DNA of 63,084 nucleotides, the filler included, from Octopus bimaculoides (Eukaryota): NCBI RefSeq assembly GCF_001194135.2. It is 4 parts of 3 records of this genome, joined end to end, with 100 filler letters (N's around TTAATTAATTAA, not from the genome) between each part and the next. Parts side by side here need not be neighbours in the genome. Positions count along the whole stretch, not along the records: positions 32,300 to 48,168 come from NC_068986.1; positions 48,269 to 63,084 come from NC_068982.1; 2 more parts are not named here. One strand, given 5' to 3'. This document shows positions 37,762 through 50,233 of this stretch, one piece after another. A program made the translations under genes and the position numbers. The notes under the pieces were generated by a model. The model made no database searches, was not told the origin of the DNA, and saw nothing but the letters and a program-made list of their open reading frames with translations. The number at the start of each line of letters is the position of its first letter. Position 1 is the stretch's first letter.

Positions 37762-38480
37762 GTATATATATATAGATATATGTATACACACACACAAAAT
37801 ATATATGTAAACACACACACGCATACATATATAATAGCAGACAAAGTCGGCTACTTCAGTACTTTAAAGTTCCATGGGAGCGAGTCAAATCTAAATCTTC
37901 AGATATACGGAGACTCCGAAAATCTGAAAATGTAAATGCTCCGCGTTCTGTTAATCAAATACAAACAATTCCAACTGGCCTACATAGACCTACGGAAGTA
38001 GTGCAATATTCTGGAATAGATTGGTGATTCGGCTCTTACAACATATATCCTCAAACACGTGACCCGACATCGGCAGATCATACCTAAGCAAATGTCCAAA
38101 TTTTACTGACTCTACAGATCATCTATTTTCAATGAGCGCCATCTAGAAGCTTTCTAAATAACCCCTACGACGTTCTTGGCACTTCTTCTAGTGATTCCTA
38201 TAAAAGATAGAGCCGAATGGCCCTTACTAAGAGTATGACATGCGAACGCTCCACTGCCAACCCCTACTGGCAAGAACCTGGTCTCCTACTTTCTTTGATA
38301 AACAGTCCTTCAACAAATATTGTTACTCAGTGCACGTTCTCTCCTGAGTCTCCTCTGTCACTAAAGGCCCTGAGTACTATTTTCCTTTGACAATTTGAGT
38401 ACGATTTGCCTTCCCAAAGGTGCTCTGCAGTTGGATTGAACCTGGTTAGGAAGTGAACTGCTTGCTACACAGCCATTGAT

Positions 38481-38482
38481 AA

Positions 38483-38541
<59 letters not shown>

Positions 38542-38546
38542 GTATA

Positions 38547-38577
<31 letters not shown>

Positions 38578-38631
38578 TTATCTATATATCTATCTATCTA
38601 TCTATCCATCCATCTATCCATCTATCTATCA

Positions 38632-38680
<49 letters not shown>
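38481..38680. repeat. (TATC)n microsatellite
   Basis: Direct reading. Confidence 0.95.
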
Positions 38681-39565
38681 AATAAATAAATATTTGTGTG
38701 TGTGCACGTGTATATNNNNNNNNNNNNNNNNNNNNNNNNNNNNNNNNNNNNNNNNNNNNNNNNNNNNNNNNNNNNNNNNNNNNNNNNNNNNNNNNNNNNN
38801 NNNNNNNNNNNNNNNNNNNNNNNNNNNNNNNNNNNNNNNNNNNNNNNNNNNNNNNNNNNNNNNNNNNNNNNNNNNNNNNNNNNNNNNNNNNNNNNNNNNN
38901 NNNNNNNNNNNNNNNNNNNNNNNNNNNNNNNNNNNNNNNNNNNNNNNNNNNNNNNNNNNNNNNNNNNNNNNNNNNNNNNNNNNNNNNNNNNNNNNNNNNN
39001 NNNNNNNNNNNNNNNNNNNNNNNNNNNNNNNNNNNNNNNNNNNNNNNNNNNNNNNNNNNNNNNNNNNNNNNNNNNNNNNNNNNNNNNNNNNNNNNNNNNN
39101 NNNNNNNNNNNNNNNNNNNNNNNNNNNNNNNNNNNNNNNNNNNNNNNNNNNNNNNNNNNNNNNNNNNNNNNNNNNNNNNNNNNNNNNNNNNNNNNNNNNN
39201 NNNNNNNNNNNNNNNNNNNNNNNNNNNNNNNNNNNNNNNNNNNNNNNNNNNNNNNNNNNNNNNNNNNNNNNNNNNNNNNNNNNNNNNNNNNNNNNNNNNN
39301 NNNNNNNNNNNNNNNNNNNNNNNNNNNNNNNNNNNNNNNNNNNNNNNNNNNNNNNNNNNNNNNNNNNNNNNNNNNNNNNNNNNNNNNNNNNNNNNNNNNN
39401 NNNNNNNNNNNNNNNNNNNNNNNNNNNNNNNNNNNNNNNNNNNNNNNNNNNNNNNNNNNNNNNNNNNNNNNNNNNNNNNNNNNNNNNNNNNNNNNNNNNN
39501 NNNNNNNNNNNNNNNNNNNNNNNNNNNNNNNNNNNNNNNNNNNNNNNNNNNNNNNNNNNNNNNNN

Positions 39566-39618
<53 letters not shown>

Positions 39619-39913
39619 CATATACATACATATATATATATATACATACATACATATATATGTATATGTATATGCATACATATATGCATACGTATATGCA
39701 CGCGCATTGGCACGCCCACACATACACACACTCACACAAATACGCCCATATACAAGCGCATACACCTATGTGCATATACACTCGTTTTTCTCTACATATA
39801 CACACACACGCATGCATACACATGAAATCATAAACAGGTAACCGCGGACACGTATGCGTATTCATCTACACATACATATTGTGTGCGTATATGCGTGTAT
39901 GTGTGTGTGTGTG

Positions 39914-39962
<49 letters not shown>

Positions 39963-40484
39963 ACGTACAAATAGAAGGGACGTGCATAACTTTGATCACA
40001 GGGCTGTCTGCTCGATTACTGCCAACTAAGATTGAGCATCATTACAAGAAGCAGTAGCAGCAGCAGCAGCTGCAACAACAACAACAACCGCAGCAAAAAC
40101 AACGACCCCAACAACCGTAGCAACAACCAGAGTAGCTACAACAGCAATAACCAGTTTAACATTATGCACCTTGTGCAGAAGCTAAACCAGAAGCCTCTAC
40201 ATGAGACATGGAACTTTCTCGAGAAGCGGGTCGCATGAAATATTTCTGTCAGGTGGAGCACTCTACTAAAAAAAAAAAAAAAAAGCTGAAGTTAGTTTTT
40301 CCGTTAGTTTGCCATTCAGAATGCGCAGCATACCACATTTCGCCTAGGACTCCTCTTCACGATCCCTCGGCTCGCTAGAAATAGCAGCAAAAAATAATTA
40401 AGATCAAGCAACTTATTCTACCTCAATCATAACCTATCGTACAGGGTGGTCACAGTGGGAATGTCTTACATGATGGATCTACAG

Positions 40485-41057
40485 CAATGTCTCTCAACCA
40501 CAATATCTTATATGAACCCCATAAGGGTCCATATGAGAATTTGTTGTTACCATTTTTGTGCGATAAATTAGTTATACTTCTTACATTAGGTGGAAGCGCA
40601 ATGGCCCAGTGGTTAGGGCAGCGGACTCGCGGTCATAGGATCACGGTTTCGATTACCAGACCAGACGTTGTGAGTTTTTATTGAGCGAAAACACCTAAAG
40701 CTCCACGAGGCTCCGACAGCAGATGGTGGCGAATCCTGCTGTACTCTTTCACCATAACTTTCTCTCACTCTTACTTCCTGTTTCTGCTGTGCCTGTAATT
40801 CAAAGGGTCGGCCTTGTCACACTGTCACGCTGAATATCCCCGAGAACTACATTAAGGGTACACGTGTCTGTGGAGTGCTCAGCCACTTGCACGGTAATTT
40901 CACGAGTAGGCTATTCCGTTGATCGGATCAACTGGAACCCTCGACGTCGTAAGCGACGGAGTGCCAACAACAACTTCTTACATCAGCACAAAATATTTTA
41001 ACAATTTCTTTTATACAATTCCTAGTGGTATTTAATTACAAAAATATAATAGAAATG
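40485..41057 (+). mobile_element. hAT-type MITE, truncated copy carrying the 40589 SINE
   Basis: Starts CAATGTCTCTCAACCACAATATCTTATATG, like the 41079 copy; after removing the SINE it aligns with 41079-41245 (TATTTTAACAATTTCTTTTATACAATTCCTA). Confidence 0.6.
40589..40974 (+). mobile_element. tRNA-derived SINE family A, full length, 11-bp TSD
   Basis: TSD ACTTCTTACAT at 40576-40586 and 40973-40983. Confidence 0.95.
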
Positions 41058-41078
41058 TTTTCTATCAGAAGTCTACAA

Positions 41079-41596
41079 CAGTGTTTCTCAACCACAAAAT
41101 CTTATATGATTCCTTGTAGGGTTCACATAAGATTTCATTGAGAAAGTTTATGTGCCAGAAATAAGTTGTACTTCTACAATACACAAAGTATTTTAACAAT
41201 TTCTTTTATACAATTCCTAATAATATTCAATTACAAAAATATAAAAGGGTAAAATACCCCGCTTCGATCATGAATGACCATGGGATTACAACTACAAAAT
41301 TCCTCTCCCAGGCATAAGTCTGGACAAGGTCGTTTTTGTGGAAGGCCAGCAGACGCCCATATATACCACTCTCCACGCCACTATTGTCAACCAAAGGAAA
41401 GGCAAAGGCCGATACAGCTTGACACCAGTGATGTCGCAACTCACTTCTACATCTCAGTGAACTGGATCAATGTGTAAAAAAATACGGTATAAAAATATAC
41501 TAGGATTTGATTTAAACATCAACTGGTTATGAGGGTTCAGTAGCGCAAAATAGAAATCAAAGGGAACCACAGGTAAGAAATGATTGAGAAACATTG
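41079..41596. mobile_element. hAT (Charlie-like) MITE
   Basis: TIR CAGTGTTTCTCAACC ... GATTGAGAAACATTG; flanks GTCTACAA / GTCTACGC (6/8), close to the NTCTAGAN Charlie target. Confidence 0.7.
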
Positions 41597-41629
41597 GTCT
41601 ACGCAATCAGCGTAGAGTTGGGTCCAAAC

Positions 41630-41983
41630 CAATGTTTTCCAACCTATTTTCGCCCAGGCCCACTATAACTTGCCCCATATATGTCCCACCGGTGGTTGGA
41701 AAAAAAAACCCAACTTTATCTGTAATATTTCATAATTATTCCTTCTAGAAATATTCACACTAGGGCATTAATATACAGTAGCAAACAGTCTTCACTCAGT
41801 ATACTTGGCTGGAAGGATTGGTTTGGCTAGGCTGAGTTTAGGTGTTGTATGTTTGCTGTGAAGTAAAGATTTTTCACAATTCCATGTCCTACTAAAAAAA
41901 AAAAATTAAAAAAAAATTTATATCTCAAGCCCCACCACAATTTTCCCAGTCATCACCAGTATGCCCCACGTTTGGAATCACAG
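41630..41983. mobile_element. older hAT-type MITE (tentative)
   Basis: CAATGTTTTCCAACC ... GTTTGGAATCACAG; flanks GTCCAAAC / TTATAAAC (5/8). Confidence 0.4.
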
Positions 41984-42119
41984 TTATAAACAATAGCAAA
42001 TCACGGGTATAAACAATAGCACCAACGTAGTAGTTTTATAAGTATTTCTGTTGCGCCAAGAGTTCATACGTGTAATACGCGCTTACCGGATTTTCGTTTT
42101 CACGCAAGATGACCAAATA

Positions 42120-42496
42120 CCTCGAAAAGAAATTATAAACTGATACCTCATCACTAGTGATCATAGTCTTCATAAATCTGGATCGTGGTTTCCCACAGTC
42201 CAGCATATCCTAAGCGATTTCCATGCGGAGTTGTTTCTGTTGCTCTGACGATACAAATTTCGCCGACACTCTCTGCTTGACAAATCCTTCGTTAAAATGG
42301 AATGCACTGATCCTGTGCTTATTCCCACTACATGAGCAATTTTCTGCATTATTACACGACGATCTTCCATGATTATTTGCTGAACCTTTTCAATCGGCTT
42401 CTTGTTTCGGCTTGTGAATGGTCTTCCCGATCGTGCCTTGCTCTCCACTGTAGTGTGGCCATGTTTGAAGCAGTTGTACTACCCTTCGATCTGAGT
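42120..42496 (-). mobile_element. mariner transposase remnant
   Basis: ESKARSGRPFTSRN..IEKVQQIIMEDRR...IAHVVGISTGSVHSILTKDL (second HTH) and ITSDEVSVYNF (first catalytic Asp region); 5' part runs into a gap. Confidence 0.85.
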
Positions 42497-43065
42497 NNNN
42501 NNNNNNNNNNNNNNNNNNNNNNNNNNNNNNNNNNNNNNNNNNNNNNNNNNNNNNNNNNNNNNNNNNNNNNNNNNNNNNNNNNNNNNNNNNNNNNNNNNNN
42601 NNNNNNNNNNNNNNNNNNNNNNNNNNNNNNNNNNNNNNNNNNNNNNNNNNNNNNNNNNNNNNNNNNNNNNNNNNNNNNNNNNNNNNNNNNNNNNNNNNNN
42701 NNNNNNNNNNNNNNNNNNNNNNNNNNNNNNNNNNNNNNNNNNNNNNNNNNNNNNNNNNNNNNNNNNNNNNNNNNNNNNNNNNNNNNNNNNNNNNNNNNNN
42801 NNNNNNNNNNNNNNNNNNNNNNNNNNNNNNNNNNNNNNNNNNNNNNNNNNNNNNNNNNNNNNNNNNNNNNNNNNNNNNNNNNNNNNNNNNNNNNNNNNNN
42901 NNNNNNNNNNNNNNNNNNNNNNNNNNNNNNNNNNNNNNNNNNNNNNNNNNNNNNNNNNNNNNNNNNNNNNNNNNNNNNNNNNNNNNNNNNNNNNNNNNNN
43001 NNNNNNNNNNNNNNNNNNNNNNNNNNNNNNNNNNNNNNNNNNNNNNNNNNNNNNNNNNNNNNNNN

Positions 43066-43105
<40 letters not shown>

Positions 43106-43479
43106 GTTGTGTTTGTCTCCCACCACCGCTTTGTTTGTTTACGGTTCTGGTTTGTTGGTTTGTTTACGGTTCTGTAACTTTGCCGGACGTTAATAAACCC
43201 ACACCTGTTGTCAAAATGTGATGAGACAAACACGAAGACACGCACGCACAAATAAACTGTTATGATAAGAAAATAAAGGATAAATGTTTCAAATTTGGGT
43301 ACGCGACCTTCAATTTTAGAGTGAGGGATTTAGTCGATTATTTCGATCCCTGTACTACACAAGGATGGTGGATTTTACCTCAGTATGAATTTAATTCAGA
43401 ACACAATGAGCAGCGAAACATCATTTAACATTTTATTTGACGTTCTAACGTTTATGCCAGATTGCTGCTTCAAGATAAT

Positions 43480-43885
43480 TCTTTCTTCTATAGCCATGAT
43501 GCTTCAAATTTCGGAAGAAGGAGTAAGTCGATTATATGGGCCCAGTGTTCAACCAACACTTACTTTATCGAGTCCGAAGGATAAAAAGCAAAGTCGATCT
43601 CGGTGGAATCTGAACTCAGAATGTAAAGCAGGAAGGAATACCACCCAGCATTTTCCCGTCGTGCTAATAGTTCTTTTCTACTTTAGGCACAAGGTCCGAA
43701 ACATTGGGCGAGGAGGCCAGTCGATTAGATCGACCCCAGTACACAACTAGTACTAAATTTATCGACCTCGAGAGGATGAAAGGCAAAGTCGACCTCGGTG
43801 GAATTTGAACTCAGAACGTAAAAACAGACGAAATACTGCTAAGCATTTCGCCCGGCGTGCTAACGTATGTGCCAGCTCGCCGCTC
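43480..43885 (-). mobile_element. two tandem SINE family C copies
   Basis: Two repeats of GGCAAAGTCGAC/TCTCGGTGGAAT.TGAACTCAGAA.GTAAA; the second keeps the full head GGCGAGCTGGCAC...TTAGCACGCCGGGCGAAATGCTTAG. Confidence 0.85.
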
Positions 43886-43919
43886 TAAGATGATAAAAAC
43901 AGTTTTTTTTTTAAAGTTC

Positions 43920-44170
43920 CTTCTATCACTGGACTTGCAACCATGTAGAGACGTCACCTTGGAGGGTTTAGTCACACAAACCAACCCTAGTAGTTGTTAA
44001 GTCTGGCACTTATTCTACGGTCGCGTTTGACGAACCGGTAAGCTACAGGGACGTAAACAATCCAGCATTGGTTCTCCGGCGGGTATAGTAGAAATCACTT
44101 GCTTAAGTGACGGCGTGGAACCGAAGCCGAAACCAATTGGTCACAAGTCGAGCCTCTTATCCTTACAGCC
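43920..44170 (-). mobile_element. SINE family B, diverged
   Basis: GAACCGGTAAGCTACAGGGACGTAAAC and CTTACAGCCGTGCCT match the reverse complement of family B. Confidence 0.65.
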
Positions 44171-44222
44171 GTGCCTGTATATGTATATATTTAGTTTTGT
44201 TAATTGTAAGTTTCATAATATT

Positions 44223-44700
44223 ATTAAAGCTAACAGAACTGTTAGAAAATCGTATGTTCTGAGTTCAAATTCTGCCGTTGTGGACATTGTTTTTATCTTT
44301 TCGGGGTCGATAATATGATTACCAACTAAACAATATGAGTCAATGTCATCAGTATTATTAAAGCTTACAGGACTGTTAGAAAGTCGTATGTTGTGAGTTC
44401 AGATTCCGCCGTGGTCTACTTTGCCTTTCATCTTTCGGAGTCGATAAAATAAGTACCAGTTGTAATCGACTTATCCCTTCCTCCAAACTTTCTGGACTTC
44501 CTCCAAACTTTCTGGACTTCCTCCAAACTTTCTGGACTTCCTCCAAACGTTCTGGACTTCCTCCAAACTTTCTGAAACCAATATAATTAAAGCTACCAAA
44601 ACTGTTAGAAAATGGTATATTCTGAGTTCAAATCCAGCTGGTGCCAACTTTGTCCTTTCTTCCCTTGAAGATTAATGAAATAAAATACCAACCAAGTACT
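44223..44700 (+). mobile_element. three tandem shortened SINE family C units
   Basis: Units at 44223, 44357 and 44585 each start ATTAAAGCT..CAG.ACTGTTAGAAA.T.GTAT.TT.TGAGTTCA.AT.C. Confidence 0.7.
44477..44574. repeat. minisatellite 5 x 20 bp (CTTCCTCCAAACTTTCTGGA)
   Basis: Five tandem units with 1-2 mismatches, inside a SINE tail. Confidence 0.97.
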
Positions 44701-44960
44701 GATGTCCAATGCATTCACTAACTTCCCCCAACCCGACCAAAATTACTGCCTATGCTGTTAACTAAGAAAACAATATTACTTAAAAGTAATTACTGTAGAA
44801 ATAAATATAAAACCATGCGATCAATATTTGAACTCTCTATCCATTCCATCTAAAAGTCAATCAGGCTATCTATCTATCTATCTATCTTTCTATCTATCTA
44901 TNNNNNNNNNNNNNNNNNNNNNNNNNNNNNNNNNNNNNNNNNNNNNNNNNNNNNNNNNNN

Positions 44961-45017
<57 letters not shown>

Positions 45018-45276
45018 CGAAAGAGGGAGAAGTGCGCGTGTGAAAGAGAGAAAGAATAGAAATGCAATATTTTAAATGCATGGTGATCGCGTATAGGTAT
45101 ATATGTGCAAGCATCTATATCTATATCTATTTATCGCACACATATCATCGACTGTATATACACACGCACGTGTATGTATATGCACGTGCGCTTGTGTGCA
45201 TGTGTGCGTGTGTGTATTTGCTTGTAGATATATGCACGTACATAATACACAAATTAAACGAAATAGACACAAACAG

Positions 45277-45313
<37 letters not shown>

Positions 45314-46153
45314 AATGAGTGTGTGCATGTGTGTGTGTCTGTGCATTTATACACATGCACACGCACGAATACATGCACGCAATCATATATTACACACATA
45401 TCTAATTATATACACAGAGTATTTAATATCTTTGTCTTTGTGTACGCGTGTGTGTGTATGTGTGCATCTGTGTATATACATGTGTGTCTGTGTGTGTGTA
45501 TGTGTATTTATATACCTACACCCGCACGAATACATACACACACTCATATATTACACACATATCTAATTATACACACAGAGTATTAAATCTCTTTGTCTTT
45601 GTGTACGCGCGTGTGTGTGTGTGTATGTGTGCATCTGTATATATACACGTATGTCTGTGTGTACGTGTGCGTGTGTGTGCGTTTGTGTATATGCACTTAC
45701 ATGCACAAGCACACACGTTTAACATACACACCCAACCTGCGTATAGCATGCCAAGTGAAAATTAAAAGATAAGACTAGATATTCCTACCTAGATAAGCAA
45801 AGCAAACAAAATTTCAATGTTAAAGATTTTCACTTTTATCATTTTCATTAATTATATTCCTGTTAATTAGTTTTACTTTATGCGTAAAGGTGCATGCGTT
45901 TGCATCCGTCTATATGTATGTGACCGCGTATGCGTGTATATACGCGCGCGTCATGTTCGCGATTGTGTCTACGTGGAAGTTAGTGTATGCGTGCAATATG
46001 TATGTTTGAGCAAGTGTGTGTGTGTATAAGTATAAGTGTCTATGTGTGTAAGTGCGTGTATAGAAGTTTGTGTTAATGTGTGCGTGTATGTTTATATACA
46101 TACATGTATATATTCAATTTTTTTTCTCCGTGTTTTTCTCCTTGTCTTCGTAT

Positions 46154-46190
46154 TCTTTCTGTTGAAGAGCGTAGCTCGAAACGTCAAAGA
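46154..46190 (+). ncRNA. minimal type-I hammerhead-like motif (core variant CUGUUGA)
   Basis: TCTTT-CTGTTGA-A-GAGC(GTA)GCTC-GAAA-CG-TC-AAAGA: 5-bp helix I, 4-bp helix II, palindromic ACGT in place of helix III, GUC triplet; the normally conserved A6 is U. Confidence 0.5.
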
Positions 46191-46656
46191 CTTTCCGTAT
46201 TCCCGAGCGTCATACTAATATATACTTTTGTTATTTACACCACCTGTCCTCGTCTGTTGTTATTATNNNNNNNNNNNNNNNNNNNNNNNNNNNNNNNNNN
46301 NNNNNNNNNNNNNNNNNNNNNNNNNNNNNNNNNNNNNNNNNNNNNNNNNNNNNNNNNNNNNNNNNNNNNNNNNNNNNNNNNNNNNNNNNNNNNNNNNNNN
46401 NNNNNNNNNNNNNNNNNNNNNNNNNNNNNNNNNNNNNNNNNNNNNNNNNNNNNNNNNNNNNNNNNNNNNNNNNNNNNNNNNNNNNNNNNNNNNNNNNNNN
46501 NNNNNNNNNNNNNNNNNNNNNNNNNNNNNNNNNNNNNNNNNNNNNNNNNNNNNNNNNNNNNNNNNNNNNNNNNNNNNNNNNNNNNNNNNNNNNNNNNNNN
46601 NNNNNNNNNNNNNNNNNNNNNNNNNNNNNNNNNNNNNNNNNNNNNNNNNNNNNNNN

Positions 46657-46700
<44 letters not shown>

Positions 46701-47784
46701 CATGTATGTATGTATACACACACATATACACACACCTGAAATACATGTTTATCTGCATATCTGTATACACTATGCGGAGGGGAGAGAGGGAGTGAGAGGG
46801 GAGAGTGCGTCAGGCCAAAGCATTAACCATTTAAAATGCTCTTACGTGTGTGTGTGCATGCGAGTGCGCGCGTGTGTATTTGCATGCGCGAGTGCATGTG
46901 TGTGTGTCTGTAATTGCGTACGAATGAATGAGTACGTTTTCTTGCGTATGCAATATGGAGCTGTGTAATCATATATATGTATACTTACACAAATTGACTG
47001 TTTATACCATTGTAAGTGTTTAGTGCGCGGATGTTTGTGAGTAGGCATGCATATGTGCGTGTGCGCGTGTTTGTGTGTGCGTGTTACCTACACATACATA
47101 TATACATATACACATATACATATACACTATTATTGTTGCTATTCTATATATATATATATATATATATATAGACATTCATATATGCACATATATATATATG
47201 AATGTATATAAGTATATGTATACACGACACATTAATAAATGTCAATATCGATCTATATCTATTGCAATCTCTCTTTATCTCCCTATATGGTACATACGTA
47301 AATACATGTGCATGCATACATACACACATATATATATGTATATACATTTATATATATATATATANNNNNNNNNNNNNNNNNNNNNNNNNNNNNNNNNNNN
47401 NNNNNNNNNNNNNNNNNNNNNNNNNNNNNNNNNNNNNNNNNNNNNNNNNNNNNNNNNNNNNNNNNNNNNNNNNNNNNNNNNNNNNNNNNNNNNNNNNNNN
47501 NNNNNNNNNNNNNNNNNNNNNNNNNNNNNNNNNNNNNNNNNNNNNNNNNNNNNNNNNNNNNNNNNNNNNNNNNNNNNNNNNNNNNNNNNNNNNNNNNNNN
47601 NNNNNNNNNNNNNNNNNNNNNNNNNNNNNNNNNNNNNNNNNNNNNNNNNNNNNNNNNAGATAGATAGATAGATAGATAGGCAGATAAATAGATACATACA
47701 AACATACATACATACATACATACATACATACATACGTACATACAAACATAAATAAGTACATACATACATACATACAAACATACA

Positions 47785-47816
<32 letters not shown>

Positions 47817-47913
47817 CATGTATGTATGTGTTTTGTTGGGGTTCGATATTTTCATAATTATAGACTACATTCAGTTAATGATTATCGATAATTTCTTTTC
47901 TGTGTAAAGAAAG

Positions 47914-47950
<37 letters not shown>

Positions 47951-48168
47951 TATGCGTGTGTGTGAATGTGCGTATAGGCAGGTACAATTGCTGGCGTTTG
48001 TATGAATATAAGTATAAATATAGTTATATACTTATACATATACATGCACATACACATAAGCATCATATAAAATGATATGATATAAACACACATATATATG
48101 TTCTGAGTGAAAGAAGCTTGCTTCCGAGCCACACGTTTCCGTGTTCAATCCTACTGCATGGTATCTCA

Positions 48169-48268
48169 NNNNNNNNNNNNNNNNNNNNNNNNNNNNNNNN
48201 NNNNNNNNNNNNTTAATTAATTAANNNNNNNNNNNNNNNNNNNNNNNNNNNNNNNNNNNNNNNNNNNN
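48169..48268. other. synthetic 100-bp assembly spacer (N44-TTAATTAATTAA-N44)
   Basis: 12-mer at 48213-48224 with 44 N on each side. Confidence 0.95.
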
Positions 48269-48334
<66 letters not shown>

Positions 48335-48514
48335 AAAATTAAAGTATACCCAGAAATGTTGGGAAACAGTATTTCAAGCTCGGATACATTTTGAGAGTTT
48401 AAAAGCTACACTTTCTACCTGATTATTACCTGAAATGTCGCCTTTCAGGTAATAATCTGAAAACTATAAGCACCATGCGCACATACATACATACATACAT
48501 GCATACATACATAC

Positions 48515-48545
<31 letters not shown>

Positions 48546-48899
48546 CTCATATATACAGTATATATTTAATAATAAATGTCATTCTAGGGTGTTAGGAAAA
48601 TTGCAGCAAGAATGTGAGAGAGAAAATTCAGTGATGTGCTCCGGAAATTACTCCGTTAAATGCCCGGATCTCATTTATTTTTCATATATTCAAAGGATTT
48701 TAAAAATGGGACAGCTTTATGCTGCATAGATATATACACCTTATGGTGCATAAATATATGGTGCATATGGTGCACCATATAGTGCATAAATATATGGACA
48801 GAGAGTATCTATGATTTGTTTACCACAAGAAGAATGTCTTACATCAAGTTCAGAATAATGTGGCTGATGCAAATGAGGTTGCGTTAAAGATGTGTTTTA

Positions 48900-49200
48900 G
48901 TTGTTTTGTGTGCCACAGAGAATATTTATCTAACGGGACTGATAGAGTTAGAAGAGCAAACTGAGAACACATGTGAGAATAAAGAAATTCCAACAAATAC
49001 ACTAATGTTTACTACAAAGAATATTGCTAATAGTGTTGGCAATTAGATAAAGGTCTGCAAGTTCTTGCTGATAACAACCCTAACGATGGAACTTAACAGA
49101 AAAATTACAAGACTAGTTAGCAATAATTTTTTTCCTACATTAGCTGTACAAATAAATGGTGTATCAAAGACATCAAGCAATTTTGGATGTTCTTAACTCC
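48900..49200 (+). mobile_element. Tigger/pogo-like transposase C-terminal remnant
   Basis: LIELEEQ...EIP...FTTKNIAN, frameshift, LDKGLQVLADNNPN; resembles the TIGD1-type tail (ELMELE...KFTTK.LA...GL..LE..DPN). Confidence 0.55.
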
Positions 49201-49724
49201 TCAAATATGTATTAATGACGGACTGTAATAAAGAAGATAGTGCAACTCATCTTCCAAGTGACTCTCAGTCCGCCCTTCACACAGTCGTCAACATTTTTCT
49301 TAGCAAGTACACGGCTTACTACGATCTTCCGACTATCTGTCCTCTGACGTTTTTCACTTTTTGAATTTCTCATTACGACATTGCTATACTTGTTATATAA
49401 ACTGGAAATACGAGGGATTCTAATTAAAATTCATAATACTAGAATGTAAGTAAAACTCTAAAAACTCGATACTAAGCAATTACTCGCAAGAACCATGTAC
49501 AAAAGTTTACATATTCCACTTGATATTCCTAAGTAAACACTAAAAGACATCTAGGAGGATTTTTTTACCATTTCCTTCGCATCCGAGGTTTAAATATACT
49601 TCCAAATTTCTGTTTCGTGACTTCTTCCAAAAGTCTGAAGTAGTCAGTCACTCATTAGTAAATTATTTAAATCAACTGATTTCTTAATTTGGCACATTGT
49701 TCTACATTTTTTGAGAGTTATACA

Positions 49725-49730
49725 TTTATT
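49725..49730 (-). promoter_or_regulatory. candidate polyadenylation signal for the octapeptide-repeat gene
   Basis: First minus-strand AATAAA I found downstream of the TAG at 50234; common hexamer in AT-rich DNA. Confidence 0.25.
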
Positions 49731-50233
49731 GAGTAATCTGTCATCAAATGAAGTTTGCTACCGAATCTTACAGTTTCTCTGACTGCACTAAAGCTGACGT
49801 GTACCAATTATTGACACCAAAACCTTTTGATGTTTAAACACTCGTAGTTTATGTAGCTATCAAGTAAAACATGCCTTCGCAAAACCTAACAGATCATCAA
49901 CTAAATCGACCTCAGCTGGTCATTTATATAAAAATTGGGTCCCATTGAACAGAACAGCTTTGGGTATAGAAACAAACATTGAGTAGCAATAACTCTGATG
50001 CCTTTTGTCTGATCTTGAGTTAAGCAGCAACAGCAAGGACAACAACAAGAATTATCATTCATCAATTTCTAGTGTCGAGTATGGAAATGAAGCCATAGAT
50101 ACATAAGCATGAAGCATATGAAGATACAAAACTATATACACTGCAAAGAATAAAAGTTTGTGCGCTACTGAGTTGAGTATGAATTGCATGGATGTGTTAG
50201 AATATAAAGTTAATAAAATGCTTACATGGAAGT

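Noticed and set aside
44477-44574. Regular short repeats as a CRISPR-like array (also 21761-21820)
   Set aside because: Head-to-tail tandem units with no spacers; eukaryotic context; no cas genes.
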